Shown: positions 1 through 9,762 of the stretch, piece after piece
Numbering within the stretch: position 1 is the stretch's first letter
Layout of the letters: every line of letters starts with the position of its first letter
Assembly (NCBI GenBank): GCA_040878185.1
Contig: JBBDMS010000021.1
Coordinates: 52,667 to 116,666 of the forward strand
DNA length: 64,000 nt
Direction of reading: 5' to 3'
DNA from: Dongiaceae bacterium
Lineage (GTDB): Bacteria; Pseudomonadota; Alphaproteobacteria; Dongiales; Dongiaceae
The notes under the pieces: generated by a model
What the model was told of the DNA's origin: nothing
Databases searched by the model: none
Seen by the model: the letters and a program-made list of their open reading frames with translations, nothing else
Program-made: the position numbers and the translations under genes

Positions 1-2865
1 GGACGATGCCGGACGAAACGCGGTAGCCAGCAAATAAGCGCCCGCGCCCCATTCCTCATCGACCTCGATCGTGGTTTCGATGCCCTCGGGCCCAGCATCA
101 ACGATCCATGTGCGGTAGATGCGATCGCTGGCGAGCGCCAACTGCACGGGTCCTTCGAAGGGCGCCGTAATGAACGCACGCACGCTGTCGCCGGGTTCGA
201 ACAGATCGCCTTCGAGACTGATCTGCAGTGTGTCGGGTGAATCGCCCTCGCCCGGTCGTCCGTACCAGCCGGCCTGGAATCGGTAGCTCGCCGCCACGCC
301 CGCTTCCGGATCGTAAACCTCGAGCCGGTAGGAACCCCAGTCGAGCACCATGCTGACCAGACCGTTGCCGTCGGATGTCGTTTCGACGCTGCCGCCCGTT
401 TGTGGCATGTCGCGCACGGTCACGCTGTAGTCCCAGATGCCGCTGTCGTAGTACCACTGATAGTCCCATTCCTCGCGAATGAGATCGTAACGCAGGCCCA
501 CAGCGTCGACTGGTTTGCGTGTCGCGGTGTCGAGCCGGATCACGTCAAACTCGGCCGGCAGCGAATAGGGTGCGGAATCATCGGCGAAACGCGGCTTGAT
601 ACCGATCGCGGTCGCTTCATCGCGCACCGGCAGCAGCAACGTCTCGCTGACCGCCCTTCCGCCGGGTTCGAGCACATCGACATAGAGGGTCGCGCGCAGC
701 GGACTGGCCGTGTCGGGCAGTTGCGCCGCGTCGACACCGAACTGCGAAATGCCGGCGGCATCGGTGACCGGTGCATCGAGCGAGATACGAACCGGCTCGA
801 GCGCTTCGTCGGCGAGACCGAAACGATAGTCCGGATATTCCGGAAACGGATCCGGATCGCGATCGATCACGAGTTCGCCCATCACCACGAGATCGGCACC
901 CGGTGCGCCATAGAGATAAGCGGCATCGGCCGTCACATCGACCGGCGTACCCGGTACGAGCTCGGTCGCGGCGGTTTCGATCTCGACTTCGATACGGGCG
1001 GGAATGACGTCCTCGATCAGGAAGCCGACCGACCCGACCGGATCGCCCTCCGGATCGACAAAAGCCAGAACCTGCCACTGCCCGGTCGGGCTCGAAGTCG
1101 TGAAGTCGAGCGGAATGTGATGGCCACCGAGCGCGGATACCTCGGAATGAATTTCCTGGGCGAGCGTACCGTCGGGCCGCAACACATTGAAGAACAGCGG
1201 CAGATCGGGCAACGCCGCGCCCGCCGCATCGCGCAACAGGGCTACAAGCTCGACCCTTTCACCGGGCCGGTAGACGCCGCGATCGGTGTAGAGCAGCGCA
1301 TCGTAGATGCCGGTGACGTCGCGGCCACCGACGCCGCGATCGCTAAGATCGAAGGCCGGGCCCGAAAGATCGAGAAATGCGAAATCGGTATCGCCGTGAC
1401 TGGCGGTGAGCATCGTCGGCGCCAGACCCTGCGAACCGCGCAGCAGACCCGGTGCGAATGTCGCCTTGCCGTCCTGATCGGTCGTCGCGGTGGCGAGCTC
1501 TTCATTGTTGCGCGCATAGAGCCGCAATGTTGCGCCGGCCATTGGCTCGGCGCTGTCGAGCGAACGCGCGAACACGGTCAGGCCGTCGGTGCCGCTCATT
1601 GTCAGAAGGCCGATGTCGGTGACGATCAGCCATTGCGTTGCCTTCGCTTCCCAGTCAAAGGCTTCGCTCTCGCCTGTATCGGCCATCAGGATGTACGTGC
1701 CGGGTTCGATCTCCTCGATCATTTCCTGAACCGGGATCGATGTGACCACGCGTTCATTGCGCACCGACTCGATTTCAACGCTACCGGTCCAGATTTCCTC
1801 GCCAAGATCTTCGATGATGTAATCCCGGACCCAGGGGTCCAAGAGCTGGAGGACTCGACCATCGCGAATCTGCTGCACGAGATTGCGGTCGTTGATCCGC
1901 AGCAAGCTGAGCTGCGCCTCAGTCACATTGACGGTGGTGAGCGGCACACCGGTACTGCCGATGCGCGGCAGCACATAGGCGGTCGAACGGAACCCGAGCA
2001 CCGGATCGCGATCGGGCACCGCAACGTCGAGCGCCACATCGTCGCCGAGGCGCATGGCCAATTCGTCCGGCAGATCGGCAAGAAACTCGTAGGAATCCGT
2101 GCCGGGCAGGCCGGCGAGCAGCTCGACGGTGTAGCTCTGCCCGTAGGCAAAGCCGCCGATGCAGAGCGAATCGTACGAGACGTAGTATTGGAGTTCGGTC
2201 GTTGGTTCGACGCGAACATAGTCCGCGTAATTAACCTGCTGCGCATCTGGCAGATAGACGTCGAATTGCACGCAAAGTTCGGCTAGGTCGCCTTCGGTCC
2301 GCAACTCGCGGCCGACCATCGAGAATTCGCGCGCCTCGGCGAGGGTCTGTTTGGCGCCGGCACCCTTCTCGGGCGTGTCCCCCTGGCTCTGCTGATAGGC
2401 GGCAGCGGCCGCCGCCGGATCGCCCAGCCGGTCCAGCACGGCGCCGGCAATTCGCCAGGTGGCGGCGACATCGCCGTCATTGCCCGCCAACGCCCTGGCG
2501 GCGGTCGCCGCGGCCAGAGCCTCGTGGTCGCGCCCGCCCAGGCGATAGACCTGCGCGAGGCGCAGCCATGTCCGAAATTCGCCACCGTCGGCCGCGATCG
2601 CCCGCTCGTAATATGGCAGGGTTGCGTCCCAGTCCCGATCGGCCATCAGCGCCTCGGCCTGCTGTCGCAGTGCGGTCGCTTCGTACGTGTCGTCAGGTGC
2701 ATGCCGGTAGGCCGAGGCGATGCGGGCCCGTTCGTTCGCAAGAGCCAAAGCCGGATCGTTTGAGTCATCGATCGGCGTCTGGCCTGTCTGCTGGGCGTAA
2801 GCCAAGTTTGCGACAAAGACGAACAGGAGAAGCAGTTGAACCAGAACGGCGCGCCGCAACAGCAT
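1..2865 (-). CDS. alpha-2-macroglobulin family protein, N-terminal ~955 codons (3' end lies beyond the window start)
   Basis: Absent from the ORF track because it has no stop inside the window. The minus-strand frame is open from ATG (2865-2863) to position 1; I checked it triplet by triplet. N-terminus MLLRRAVLVQLLLLFVFVANLAYAQQ looks like a signal peptide. An Ala-rich TPR-like stretch follows, then beta-rich MG-domain-like segments (YLYGAPGADLVVMGELVIDRD, SYRLEVYDPEAGVAASYRFQAGWYG). G/C dominates third codon positions in this frame. Confidence 0.7.
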   Translation of the reverse strand, partial: MLLRRAVLVQLLLLFVFVANLAYAQQTGQTPIDDSNDPALALANERARIASAYRHAPDDTYEATALRQQAEALMADRDWDATLPYYERAIAADGGEFRTWLRLAQVYRLGGRDHEALAAATAARALAGNDGDVAATWRIAGAVLDRLGDPAAAAAAYQQSQGDTPEKGAGAKQTLAEAREFSMVGRELRTEGDLAELCVQFDVYLPDAQQVNYADYVRVEPTTELQYYVSYDSLCIGGFAYGQSYTVELLAGLPGTDSYEFLADLPDELAMRLGDDVALDVAVPDRDPVLGFRSTAYVLPRIGSTGVPLTTVNVTEAQLSLLRINDRNLVQQIRDGRVLQLLDPWVRDYIIEDLGEEIWTGSVEIESVRNERVVTSIPVQEMIEEIEPGTYILMADTGESEAFDWEAKATQWLIVTDIGLLTMSGTDGLTVFARSLDSAEPMAGATLRLYARNNEELATATTDQDGKATFAPGLLRGSQGLAPTMLTASHGDTDFAFLDLSGPAFDLSDRGVGGRDVTGIYDALLYTDRGVYRPGERVELVALLRDAAGAALPDLPLFFNVLRPDGTLAQEIHSEVSALGGHHIPLDFTTSSPTGQWQVLAFVDPEGDPVGSVGFLIEDVIPARIEVEIETAATELVPGTPVDVTADAAYLYGAPGADLVVMGELVIDRDPDPFPEYPDYRFGLADEALEPVRISLDAPVTDAAGISQFGVDAAQLPDTASPLRATLYVDVLEPGGRAVSETLLLPVRDEATAIGIKPRFADDSAPYSLPAEFDVIRLDTATRKPVDAVGLRYDLIREEWDYQWYYDSGIWDYSVTVRDMPQTGGSVETTSDGNGLVSMVLDWGSYRLEVYDPEAGVAASYRFQAGWYGRPGEGDSPDTLQISLEGDLFEPGDSVRAFITAPFEGPVQLALASDRIYRTWIVDAGPEGIETTIEVDEEWGAGAYLLATAFRPASS

Positions 2866-2908
2866 CGTTACCCCCAGCAGGATCGTCCGGAATCATTGCG
2901 ATTCCGGA

Positions 2909-4078
2909 ATGCGAATATCATCCCTGCAATATGGCCCGATTGGGGCAGGAATGGCTCATACGATGGACTATGATGCACCGGACACAGAGTGGATGACCAT
3001 CGTGACCGAGACGATACAGGAACAGGTCGGAACAGCCCTGCCGCGCGTCTGGCTGCTGCTCGGCAATCGCGCCGGCGACAATGCACAGATCGCAGCGCTG
3101 GGTGAAGCGCTCGGCTGGCCGGTCGAGATCAAGCACCTCACCTTCAACGCCTTGCACCACAACCGTAACCTGTTCCTCGGCGCCTCGCGCCGGACGCTGG
3201 ACCGCGCCAAGTCCGACAAACTGGACGCGCCCTGGCCGGATCTGGTCATCGCCGCGGGACGGCGCAGCGCACCGATCGCGCGATGGGTCCGGCGCCGTTC
3301 CGGCGGCAAGACCCGCCTTGTCCATATCGGGCGGCCCTGGGCGCCGGCGGGCTGGTTCGACCTCATCATCACGACCCCGCAATACGGCATGCGCTGGCGC
3401 CCGAACGTGCTGGTCAACGCAGCACCCCTGCACGCCATGACGCCCGAGCGCATGGAGGTGGCCGCCACGCTCTGGCAGTCGACGCTGGCCCACCTGCCCC
3501 GGCCCTGGACCGCGCTTTTGATCGGTGGCCCGAGCGCCCCCTACCGGTTCGGTCCGGCCGAAGTCCGCGCGCTGATCGACCAGGCGGTCGCCACGACACG
3601 GGCGAGCGGCGGCAGCCTGCTGGTGACCACCAGCGGACGGACCCCCGGCTCGGTCGGCCCGGCGCTCGAAGCCTGGCTCGGCGATGTCGCGCACCATCTC
3701 TTTTTGTGGCGCAAGGGCCAGGGCGACAATCCCTATTACGGTTACCTCGCTTTGGCCGACCGGTTCATCGTCACCGGCGACAGCGTGTCGATGATGACAG
3801 AGGCGACCGCGACCGGACGGCCGGTCGCGATCTATCGGCCGGCCGAGCGGCGGCGTCTGATCGGCAAGCGGGCGACGCGCGTGCCGCCGCTGCGCTGGCT
3901 GGTCGATGTCGGACTGTTGCCCCATCCGCGCGACATCGGCGCGTTCTGCGACCGCCTCGTCGCGTCGGGCCGCGCTTATTATCTCGGCGATCCGCTACCC
4001 GAGCGCAGCAGTCCCGCGCCCGAAGACATGAGCCGCGCCGTCGAGCATGTGCGCGCTTTGTTCAAGACGGAAGGTTGA
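2909..4078 (+). CDS. ELM1/DUF1022-family protein (predicted GT-B-like glycosyltransferase); start uncertain (2909, 2951, 2963 or 2993)
   Basis: LLLGNRAGDNAQIAALGEALGWP near the N-terminus and VTGDSVSMMTEA near the C-terminus are typical of bacterial 'mitochondrial fission ELM1' family proteins. Divergent from the a2M gene. Confidence 0.6.
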   Translation: MRISSLQYGPIGAGMAHTMDYDAPDTEWMTIVTETIQEQVGTALPRVWLLLGNRAGDNAQIAALGEALGWPVEIKHLTFNALHHNRNLFLGASRRTLDRAKSDKLDAPWPDLVIAAGRRSAPIARWVRRRSGGKTRLVHIGRPWAPAGWFDLIITTPQYGMRWRPNVLVNAAPLHAMTPERMEVAATLWQSTLAHLPRPWTALLIGGPSAPYRFGPAEVRALIDQAVATTRASGGSLLVTTSGRTPGSVGPALEAWLGDVAHHLFLWRKGQGDNPYYGYLALADRFIVTGDSVSMMTEATATGRPVAIYRPAERRRLIGKRATRVPPLRWLVDVGLLPHPRDIGAFCDRLVASGRAYYLGDPLPERSSPAPEDMSRAVEHVRALFKTEG

Positions 4079-4109
4079 CTGCGGCAGCGGCGATTCAGGC
4101 GGCGGCAAA

Positions 4110-5000
4110 TCAGGCAGCAGCCAAGGGCGGGGTGCGGCGCAACAGATCGAGGGCGTCGTGGCGCAGATGGTTCTGGGCCATTTCCTTGCGGATCAGATCC
4201 TCGCCGACGATCCCCTTCTCCAGGCACTCGCGCAGCAGGCCAAAGAAGAAGCGCTCCTGATTGGGATCGGGATGCGGACGATAGGACGTGACGGCCGGGA
4301 TCGGCACGATCCGCGTCAGCCAGTCGGCGGGCACGATGCCGAGCAGCCGCGCGCGTAGCGTGAAGTCGACCGGCAGGCCGGTCTTCCAGGGCTGGGTCCG
4401 ACGCTTGGTGTTGTGCAGCAGCCTTGTGTTCGCATCGAGATGATCGAAATCGTTCCACATCGGCTCCAGATCGCCGATCGACACGCGCGGCTCGTACTGA
4501 AGCTGGGTCCATTTCAGATAGTCGCGCTTGAATGCAAACAGCTCGTCGAACTGCTCGGCGCAGCGCCAGTGCCGCAGCTTCGCGCAATCGAGCAGCATCA
4601 CCGACGTCGCCTTATATTGTTCGCTGCCGTTATGGCCGGGCCGCGGCCGGGCCCAGATGGCCTTGTCCTGCATATCGCGATCGAGCAGTTCCCAGATATC
4701 GCCGACCGCGAAGATATCCGGGTCCATGATGACGGCGCGGCCTTCGTATCCCATCAGTTCGGGCGGCAAGAACCGCAGCGGCGTGAAGCTCTGCAGATCG
4801 TCCATCTCCCAGACGCGCTTTTCGTTGCCGCGCAGGAAGCGCTGGCCTTCGCGCGCCTTGAGAAAATCGAAATCCTCGGCATGCAGAATCCGGATCTCGA
4901 ACCGGTCGGCATGGCGTGAATTGCGCTCGAGCGAATAGGCCGAGGCGATGGCCCCGATCCGCTGGCGTCGATTGGTGTGGATGAAGACGCAGGATCGCAA
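4110..5000 (-). CDS. GT8-like nucleotide-diphospho-sugar glycosyltransferase (putative)
   Basis: TTG start. DxD-type motif VIMDPDIFAVGDIWELL and SVMLLDCAKL resemble GT8 (LYLDxDxxV ... GVMLINL). Family assignment made by eye only. Confidence 0.45.
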   Translation of the reverse strand: MRSCVFIHTNRRQRIGAIASAYSLERNSRHADRFEIRILHAEDFDFLKAREGQRFLRGNEKRVWEMDDLQSFTPLRFLPPELMGYEGRAVIMDPDIFAVGDIWELLDRDMQDKAIWARPRPGHNGSEQYKATSVMLLDCAKLRHWRCAEQFDELFAFKRDYLKWTQLQYEPRVSIGDLEPMWNDFDHLDANTRLLHNTKRRTQPWKTGLPVDFTLRARLLGIVPADWLTRIVPIPAVTSYRPHPDPNQERFFFGLLRECLEKGIVGEDLIRKEMAQNHLRHDALDLLRRTPPLAAA

Positions 5001-5111
5001 CCCGACTCTCCTTGGTTCTGGCCGAATGATCTAACCCCGCCGGCGGTTCCGACTCAACCCGGACGGACGCCCGGCCCGCCGGCGGGCCGCCCGCTCCGCG
5101 GGCTTGCGCGC

Positions 5112-6179
5112 CTAGCGGGTTCCCGCCGGCCTGCTGCCCAGCGGCGTCAGGGCAACCTGCTTCAGCGCATCGTACAGCCCTCCGCATTCCGCCTTCAGGC
5201 GCGCCATCTGAGCCGGATCGATATCGGGCTGCCGCGTGAGTACGCCGGAATCGACCTGGCCGATGCTCTTGTCGAAACTGCTGTTCGATTCGATCGGCGC
5301 GCTGTTGAAGGTCGGTATCGTCATCGCCGGATGGAAGTCGATGCCGATCTTCATGCAGAGCGCGCGCATCATGCCGGGCGTGTCGCGGACCAGTTCGTCG
5401 AGACCGATGCAGATCACTTTGTCGCCGTAAGTCCGTTTGTTGCGCAAGGTCGCCTCGGCGGACCGGCGCCACCAGGCGATCGCCGTTTCGAACTGGTCAT
5501 ATTGCCGCTTGCGCGCCTTGCCGCGATTTTTCGACAAAGCCGAGGCGAGCCAGCTCACCGGATCGCGCACAATCGAGACCAGATGCCCATCGGGATAGTC
5601 GCGGAAATATCGCGCGATGGAATCCGGATTCATCGCAAGGCCGGGGCAGAAGGCGCTGATACAGGCCGCCTCGTCATAGGATACGATCCTGTTGCCCCAG
5701 GACTTGAAGAACGCGTGGTAGAAGCAATCGAGCGCGCCGCGCTGCGTTGCCGGCCGCTTCGCCTCGATCAGGTTGCAGAAGATGCGATGGTGAAGCCCGA
5801 CATCGTAGTCGAACGCGTGCATCCGGGTCGGGTTCTTGGCCTTTGAATAACCCGTGCGCGCCCGTTCGATAAAACGCCCGTCGACAAGATAGCGAAACAA
5901 AGCGCGTGCGCCTTTCGTCGGATCGAGATCGGGCCAGTCGGCCTTGCCCCTGGCAATATGCATGTCACCGGGATAGGCGGCGATCTGCGGATGACCGTCG
6001 AGAAGCTGGCTGAGCAGTGTGCCGCCCGAGCGATGGATCTGCGAGATCAGAATGACATTGCGACCAACCGGGCCCAGATCGGAGGCGATATCCGGCACCG
6101 GCGATCGGGGCGATGGAATGAGCCAGCGGTCGCGCAGCCGCTTGAAGCGTCGAAGGCCGGAACTTACCGCGCGAACCAT
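5112..6179 (-). CDS. sulfotransferase family protein (1 of 3)
   Basis: PAPS 5'-phosphosulfate loop HRSGGTLLSQLL and 3'-phosphate motif VSIVRDPVSW. ATG start at 6179. Confidence 0.7.
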   Translation of the reverse strand: MVRAVSSGLRRFKRLRDRWLIPSPRSPVPDIASDLGPVGRNVILISQIHRSGGTLLSQLLDGHPQIAAYPGDMHIARGKADWPDLDPTKGARALFRYLVDGRFIERARTGYSKAKNPTRMHAFDYDVGLHHRIFCNLIEAKRPATQRGALDCFYHAFFKSWGNRIVSYDEAACISAFCPGLAMNPDSIARYFRDYPDGHLVSIVRDPVSWLASALSKNRGKARKRQYDQFETAIAWWRRSAEATLRNKRTYGDKVICIGLDELVRDTPGMMRALCMKIGIDFHPAMTIPTFNSAPIESNSSFDKSIGQVDSGVLTRQPDIDPAQMARLKAECGGLYDALKQVALTPLGSRPAGTR

Positions 6180-6488
6180 GTTCCGATGCCTGCTGCGATC
6201 GTGAAAGGGACCGGCGCCGCGTCCGGAATGCTATGCAACCGGTCCGGCGAGGCCCGGATGGAGTCGCAAGCCAGCCCTCTAAAGTCAACGGATTTGTCGG
6301 TTTTCGGGCCCGCCCGGGGGCCCGAAGCGCGTCCATTTGGCGCAGCTAGGACCGGCCACCCCACCGCATCCTAGGGCTGTAACCCGCCGGCAATTGCCAA
6401 TCCCATGGGCACGCTGGTACCACCAGCCCGCATTTCACGGCCATGCCGCCCGTTGTCACGGTGGGCCCGAACACGCTCCGGAGCATGG

Positions 6489-7595
6489 ATGCCCAGTATC
6501 AAGATCATCGGCGCCGGTTCGATCGGCAACCACCTCGCCCATGCCGCCCGTTCCTTTGGCTGGCAGGTGACGCTGACCGACATCGACCCCGCGGCGCTCG
6601 AACGTTCGCGCGAGAGCATCTATCCGCAGCGTTACGGCGCATGGGACGATGCGATCCGGCTCAAGGATACGCGCGAGGCAATGGGCGACGCGGCCGATGT
6701 GGTCTTCATCGGTACGCCGCCCGACAGCCATATGAAAATCGCATCGGCGGTGCTCGATGCCGCGGCGCCGCGCGCGCTGGTAATCGAGAAGCCGCTCTGC
6801 GGCCCCGATCTTGCCGGCTGCGAGGAACTCTGGCAGCGCACGCGCAAGGCCGGCATCTTCGCCGGCGTCGGATACAATCACACGCTCGGTGCCAATACGG
6901 TGCTTGCCGAGCAGGCGCTGGCGACCGGCACGATCGGCGAGGTCGCGACCTTGTCGGCGCGCACGCGCGAACATTGGGGCGGCATCTTCAAGGCGCACTC
7001 CTGGCTTGCCGGTCCGGCCGACAGCTATCTCGGCTATTGGGCGCGCGGCGGCGGCGCGACCGGCGAGCATTCGCACGGCATCAATATGTGGCAGCATTTC
7101 GCGCATCGCATCGGTGCGGGCAAGGTCGTCGAAGTCAGCGCGACGATGGACATGGTGCGCGACGGCAAGACCGAATATGACCGGCTCGCGCTGATATCGC
7201 TCAAGACCAGCGAAGGGCTGACAGGCGACGTGATCCAGGATGTCGTGACGGCGCCGGCCCAGAAATCGGTGCGCATCCAGGGGCGCGACGGTTTCATCGA
7301 ATGGCGCGTCAATTATGGCCCCAATGTCGATGCGGTGATTACCGGCAGCGGTGACAAGGCGAACGAGCCGACATTGCTGCCGAAGACCCGGGCCGACGAC
7401 TTCAAGGCCGAGATCGCCCATCTTGCCGGCGTTCTCGATGGTGCTTTCGGGGGCAAGGCCGAGGGCTCACCCATTGCGCTCGAACGCGGCCTTGATACGA
7501 TGATGGTCATCGCCGCGGCCTTCAAATCCCATCAGACCGGGCGGCGGGTCGCCATCGACTGGCGCACCGGCTATCGTCCCGACGCCCTGCGCTGA
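6489..7595 (+). CDS. Gfo/Idh/MocA-family NAD(P)-dependent oxidoreductase
   Basis: Rossmann N-terminus MPSIKIIGAGSIGNHLA, then VVFIGTPPDSH and EKPL motifs. I prefer the internal ATG at 6489 to the track start at 6405. Confidence 0.7.
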   Translation: MPSIKIIGAGSIGNHLAHAARSFGWQVTLTDIDPAALERSRESIYPQRYGAWDDAIRLKDTREAMGDAADVVFIGTPPDSHMKIASAVLDAAAPRALVIEKPLCGPDLAGCEELWQRTRKAGIFAGVGYNHTLGANTVLAEQALATGTIGEVATLSARTREHWGGIFKAHSWLAGPADSYLGYWARGGGATGEHSHGINMWQHFAHRIGAGKVVEVSATMDMVRDGKTEYDRLALISLKTSEGLTGDVIQDVVTAPAQKSVRIQGRDGFIEWRVNYGPNVDAVITGSGDKANEPTLLPKTRADDFKAEIAHLAGVLDGAFGGKAEGSPIALERGLDTMMVIAAAFKSHQTGRRVAIDWRTGYRPDALR

Positions 7596-7622
7596 GTCGC
7601 CTGGAGAACCGCCGAGAACCCA

Positions 7623-9155
7623 ATGCAGAAACCGTTCAAGTTCAACGACCTGTTCATCTACGACCTGGCCAATAATCACCAGGGCGATATCGAGCACGCA
7701 TCCAACATCATTCGCGGGATCGGCAAGGCGAACGCCGACGCCGGCGCGCGTGGCGCGTTCAAGTTCCAGTTTCGCCAGCTCGACACGTTCATTCATCCCG
7801 ACTACCAGACCCGGAACGATCTCAAGTTCATTAAACGGTTCAACGAAACCCGGATGTCGATGGACGATTTCCGGAAACTTGCCGACCTGATCCGCGCGCA
7901 GGGCATGCTCACCATGTGCACGCCGTTCGACGAGGAATCGGTCGACGTCATCTGCGACATGGGCCTCGACATCATCAAGGTGGCGAGCTGCTCGGCCGAC
8001 GATCGGCCGCTGCTCGAGAAGGTCGCGCGCGTCAATCGGCCGCTGGTCGTGTCAACGGCGGGCCTGCGGATCGAGGAGATCGACTGGCTGGTTAATTTCC
8101 TCGAAAGCGAGCGTGCGGATTTCGCGCTGATGCATTGCATCGCGGAGTACCCGACCGACGACGACAAGCTGCAGCTCAACCAGATCGAGTTTCTGCGTGA
8201 CCGCTATCGCACCGTTCCGATCGGCTGGTCGACGCATGAGGATCCGGACAACACGGACCCGATCAAGCTCGCCTACGCCAAGGGCGCACGGCTGTTCGAA
8301 CGGCATGTCGGCATCAAGACCGACAAGTATCCGCTGAACGCCTATTCCTCGACGCCCGAGCAGATCGCAAAATGGCTCGCCGCGCATAAATATGCGAAGG
8401 GCATGCTGGGCGCGGCCGAACGCGCGCCCTCCTCGCCGCTCGAACGCAAGACGCTCAAGGAACTGAAGCGCGGCGTCTATGCCAAGCGCACGCTCGCGAA
8501 GGGCAAGCCGATCAAGCGCGAGGATGTGTTCTTTGCGATGCCGGTCGAGGAGGATCAGCTTCTCAGCGGCCAGTGGCGCCCGGGCATGATCGCGCCCGCC
8601 GACATCGCCGCGAAGGCGGCGTTGCCCGAAAGCATGTCCAAGGAAGCGCTGACCGACGAACAACTCGTCTATCAGATCATGCTGCAGGTCCGCGCCATGC
8701 TGAACAAGGCGAACATCCATATCAATGAGGATGCATCGATCGAGATCTCGCATCATTACGGGTTGCGGCGTTTCCGCGAATATGGCGCGGTCATCGTCAC
8801 CTGCATCAACCGCAGTTACGCGAAGAAGCTGGTGATCCAGCTGCCGCGCCAGAAACATCCCTATCACCATCACAAGCAGAAGGAAGAAACCTTCCAGCTT
8901 CTGGATGGCGACATGGAGATCGTGAAGAACGGCGAGCGCATCTCGATGCGGCCGGGCGACACGTTCCTGGTCGAGCCCGACGCCTGGCACAAGTTCCATA
9001 CGTTGGACGGCGCCATCGTCGAGGAAGTCTCGACCACGCATTTCAACAACGATTCCTTCTACGAAGATCCGGAGATCGCCAAGAAGGAACGCCATGAGCG
9101 CAAGACCCAGGTCGACAACTGGCTGGCATATTTCCGGTCCAAGCATGCGCTTTAA
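7623..9155 (+). CDS. neuB: NeuB-family nonulosonate (sialic-acid-type) synthase fused to a C-terminal cupin domain
   Basis: NeuB-like TIM barrel (IIKVASCSADD, MHCIAEYPT, GWSTHE) and a SAF-like segment (GVYAKRTLAKGKPIKREDVFF). An extra ~150 aa forms a cupin: HPYHHHKQKEETF...GDTFLVEPDAWHKFH...EEVSTTHFNNDSFYED. Confidence 0.8.
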   Translation: MQKPFKFNDLFIYDLANNHQGDIEHASNIIRGIGKANADAGARGAFKFQFRQLDTFIHPDYQTRNDLKFIKRFNETRMSMDDFRKLADLIRAQGMLTMCTPFDEESVDVICDMGLDIIKVASCSADDRPLLEKVARVNRPLVVSTAGLRIEEIDWLVNFLESERADFALMHCIAEYPTDDDKLQLNQIEFLRDRYRTVPIGWSTHEDPDNTDPIKLAYAKGARLFERHVGIKTDKYPLNAYSSTPEQIAKWLAAHKYAKGMLGAAERAPSSPLERKTLKELKRGVYAKRTLAKGKPIKREDVFFAMPVEEDQLLSGQWRPGMIAPADIAAKAALPESMSKEALTDEQLVYQIMLQVRAMLNKANIHINEDASIEISHHYGLRRFREYGAVIVTCINRSYAKKLVIQLPRQKHPYHHHKQKEETFQLLDGDMEIVKNGERISMRPGDTFLVEPDAWHKFHTLDGAIVEEVSTTHFNNDSFYEDPEIAKKERHERKTQVDNWLAYFRSKHAL

Positions 9156-9762
9156 GGCGGTCGTCTTCGATTTCGACGGCACGCTTATCGATTCGGCCGA
9201 CGCCAAGCGCGATGCGTTCTTCCGCCTGTTTCCGGCGGCGGAGCCTTATCGCGCCATCGTCAATCGCGTACTGACCGCGGACCCGGACGGATCGCGCCAT
9301 GTCGTCATCCCGCGCATGATCGAAGCGATGACCGCTAAAAAGCTCGCCCTTCCGCACGGCCATAATGCGACCGACCGCATCGGTGCCTATGCGCAGGCAG
9401 TCTATGCGGCGCAGCGCGCGGCCGCGGAATGCCCCGGCGCCGAAACCCTGCTGCGCGCGCTCAAGGGTCACGCAGCCCTCTATATCAGCTCGAACACCCC
9501 CGAACCCGATCTCGGCACGCTGGTTGCCGCGCGAGGCTGGAGCGAACTGGTTGACGGTCTCTTCGGTCATCCGCGCGACAAGAGCGAAACGCTCGCGTTG
9601 CTGGTCGAGCGTCACGATGCGGCGAAGGACGAGATCGCCGTTGTAGGCGATGGCGAGAGCGACGAACGCGCGGCATACGCGATCGGCTGTCCGTTCTTCC
9701 GGGTCTGCGGCCCCAAGGCACTCGCCGATGTCGGGCGCAAGCTCGGGCTCGAACATGTTTGA
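9145..9762 (+). CDS. HAD-superfamily (subfamily IA-like) phosphatase
   Basis: Motif I VVFDFDGTLID, motif II ISSNTP, motif IV VVGDGESD. Its ATG at 9145 overlaps the neuB stop (9153-9155). Confidence 0.75.
   Translation: MRFKAVVFDFDGTLIDSADAKRDAFFRLFPAAEPYRAIVNRVLTADPDGSRHVVIPRMIEAMTAKKLALPHGHNATDRIGAYAQAVYAAQRAAAECPGAETLLRALKGHAALYISSNTPEPDLGTLVAARGWSELVDGLFGHPRDKSETLALLVERHDAAKDEIAVVGDGESDERAAYAIGCPFFRVCGPKALADVGRKLGLEHV

Noticed and set aside
400-2286. 628-aa plus-strand ORF, the longest ORF listed in the first 3 kb
   Set aside because: It is the antisense shadow of the minus-strand alpha-2-macroglobulin gene and uses the same triplet boundaries. Its product is R/G/D/H/I-rich with no recognisable motif, whereas the minus frame gives a signal peptide and MG-like repeats.
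5072-5089. Perfect 18-bp GC palindrome CGGCCCGCCGGCGGGCCG between two co-directional minus-strand genes, considered as an intrinsic terminator
   Set aside because: No U-tract follows on the transcribed (minus) strand, and it is a single occurrence. It could be a stem-loop of unknown role, but the evidence is insufficient to annotate it.
6303-6326. Hairpin TTCGGGCCC-N6-GGGCCCGAA in the divergent promoter region between the sulfotransferase and oxidoreductase genes, considered as a REP-like repeat
   Set aside because: I found no second copy of this sequence in the window. It is not followed by a T-run on either strand.
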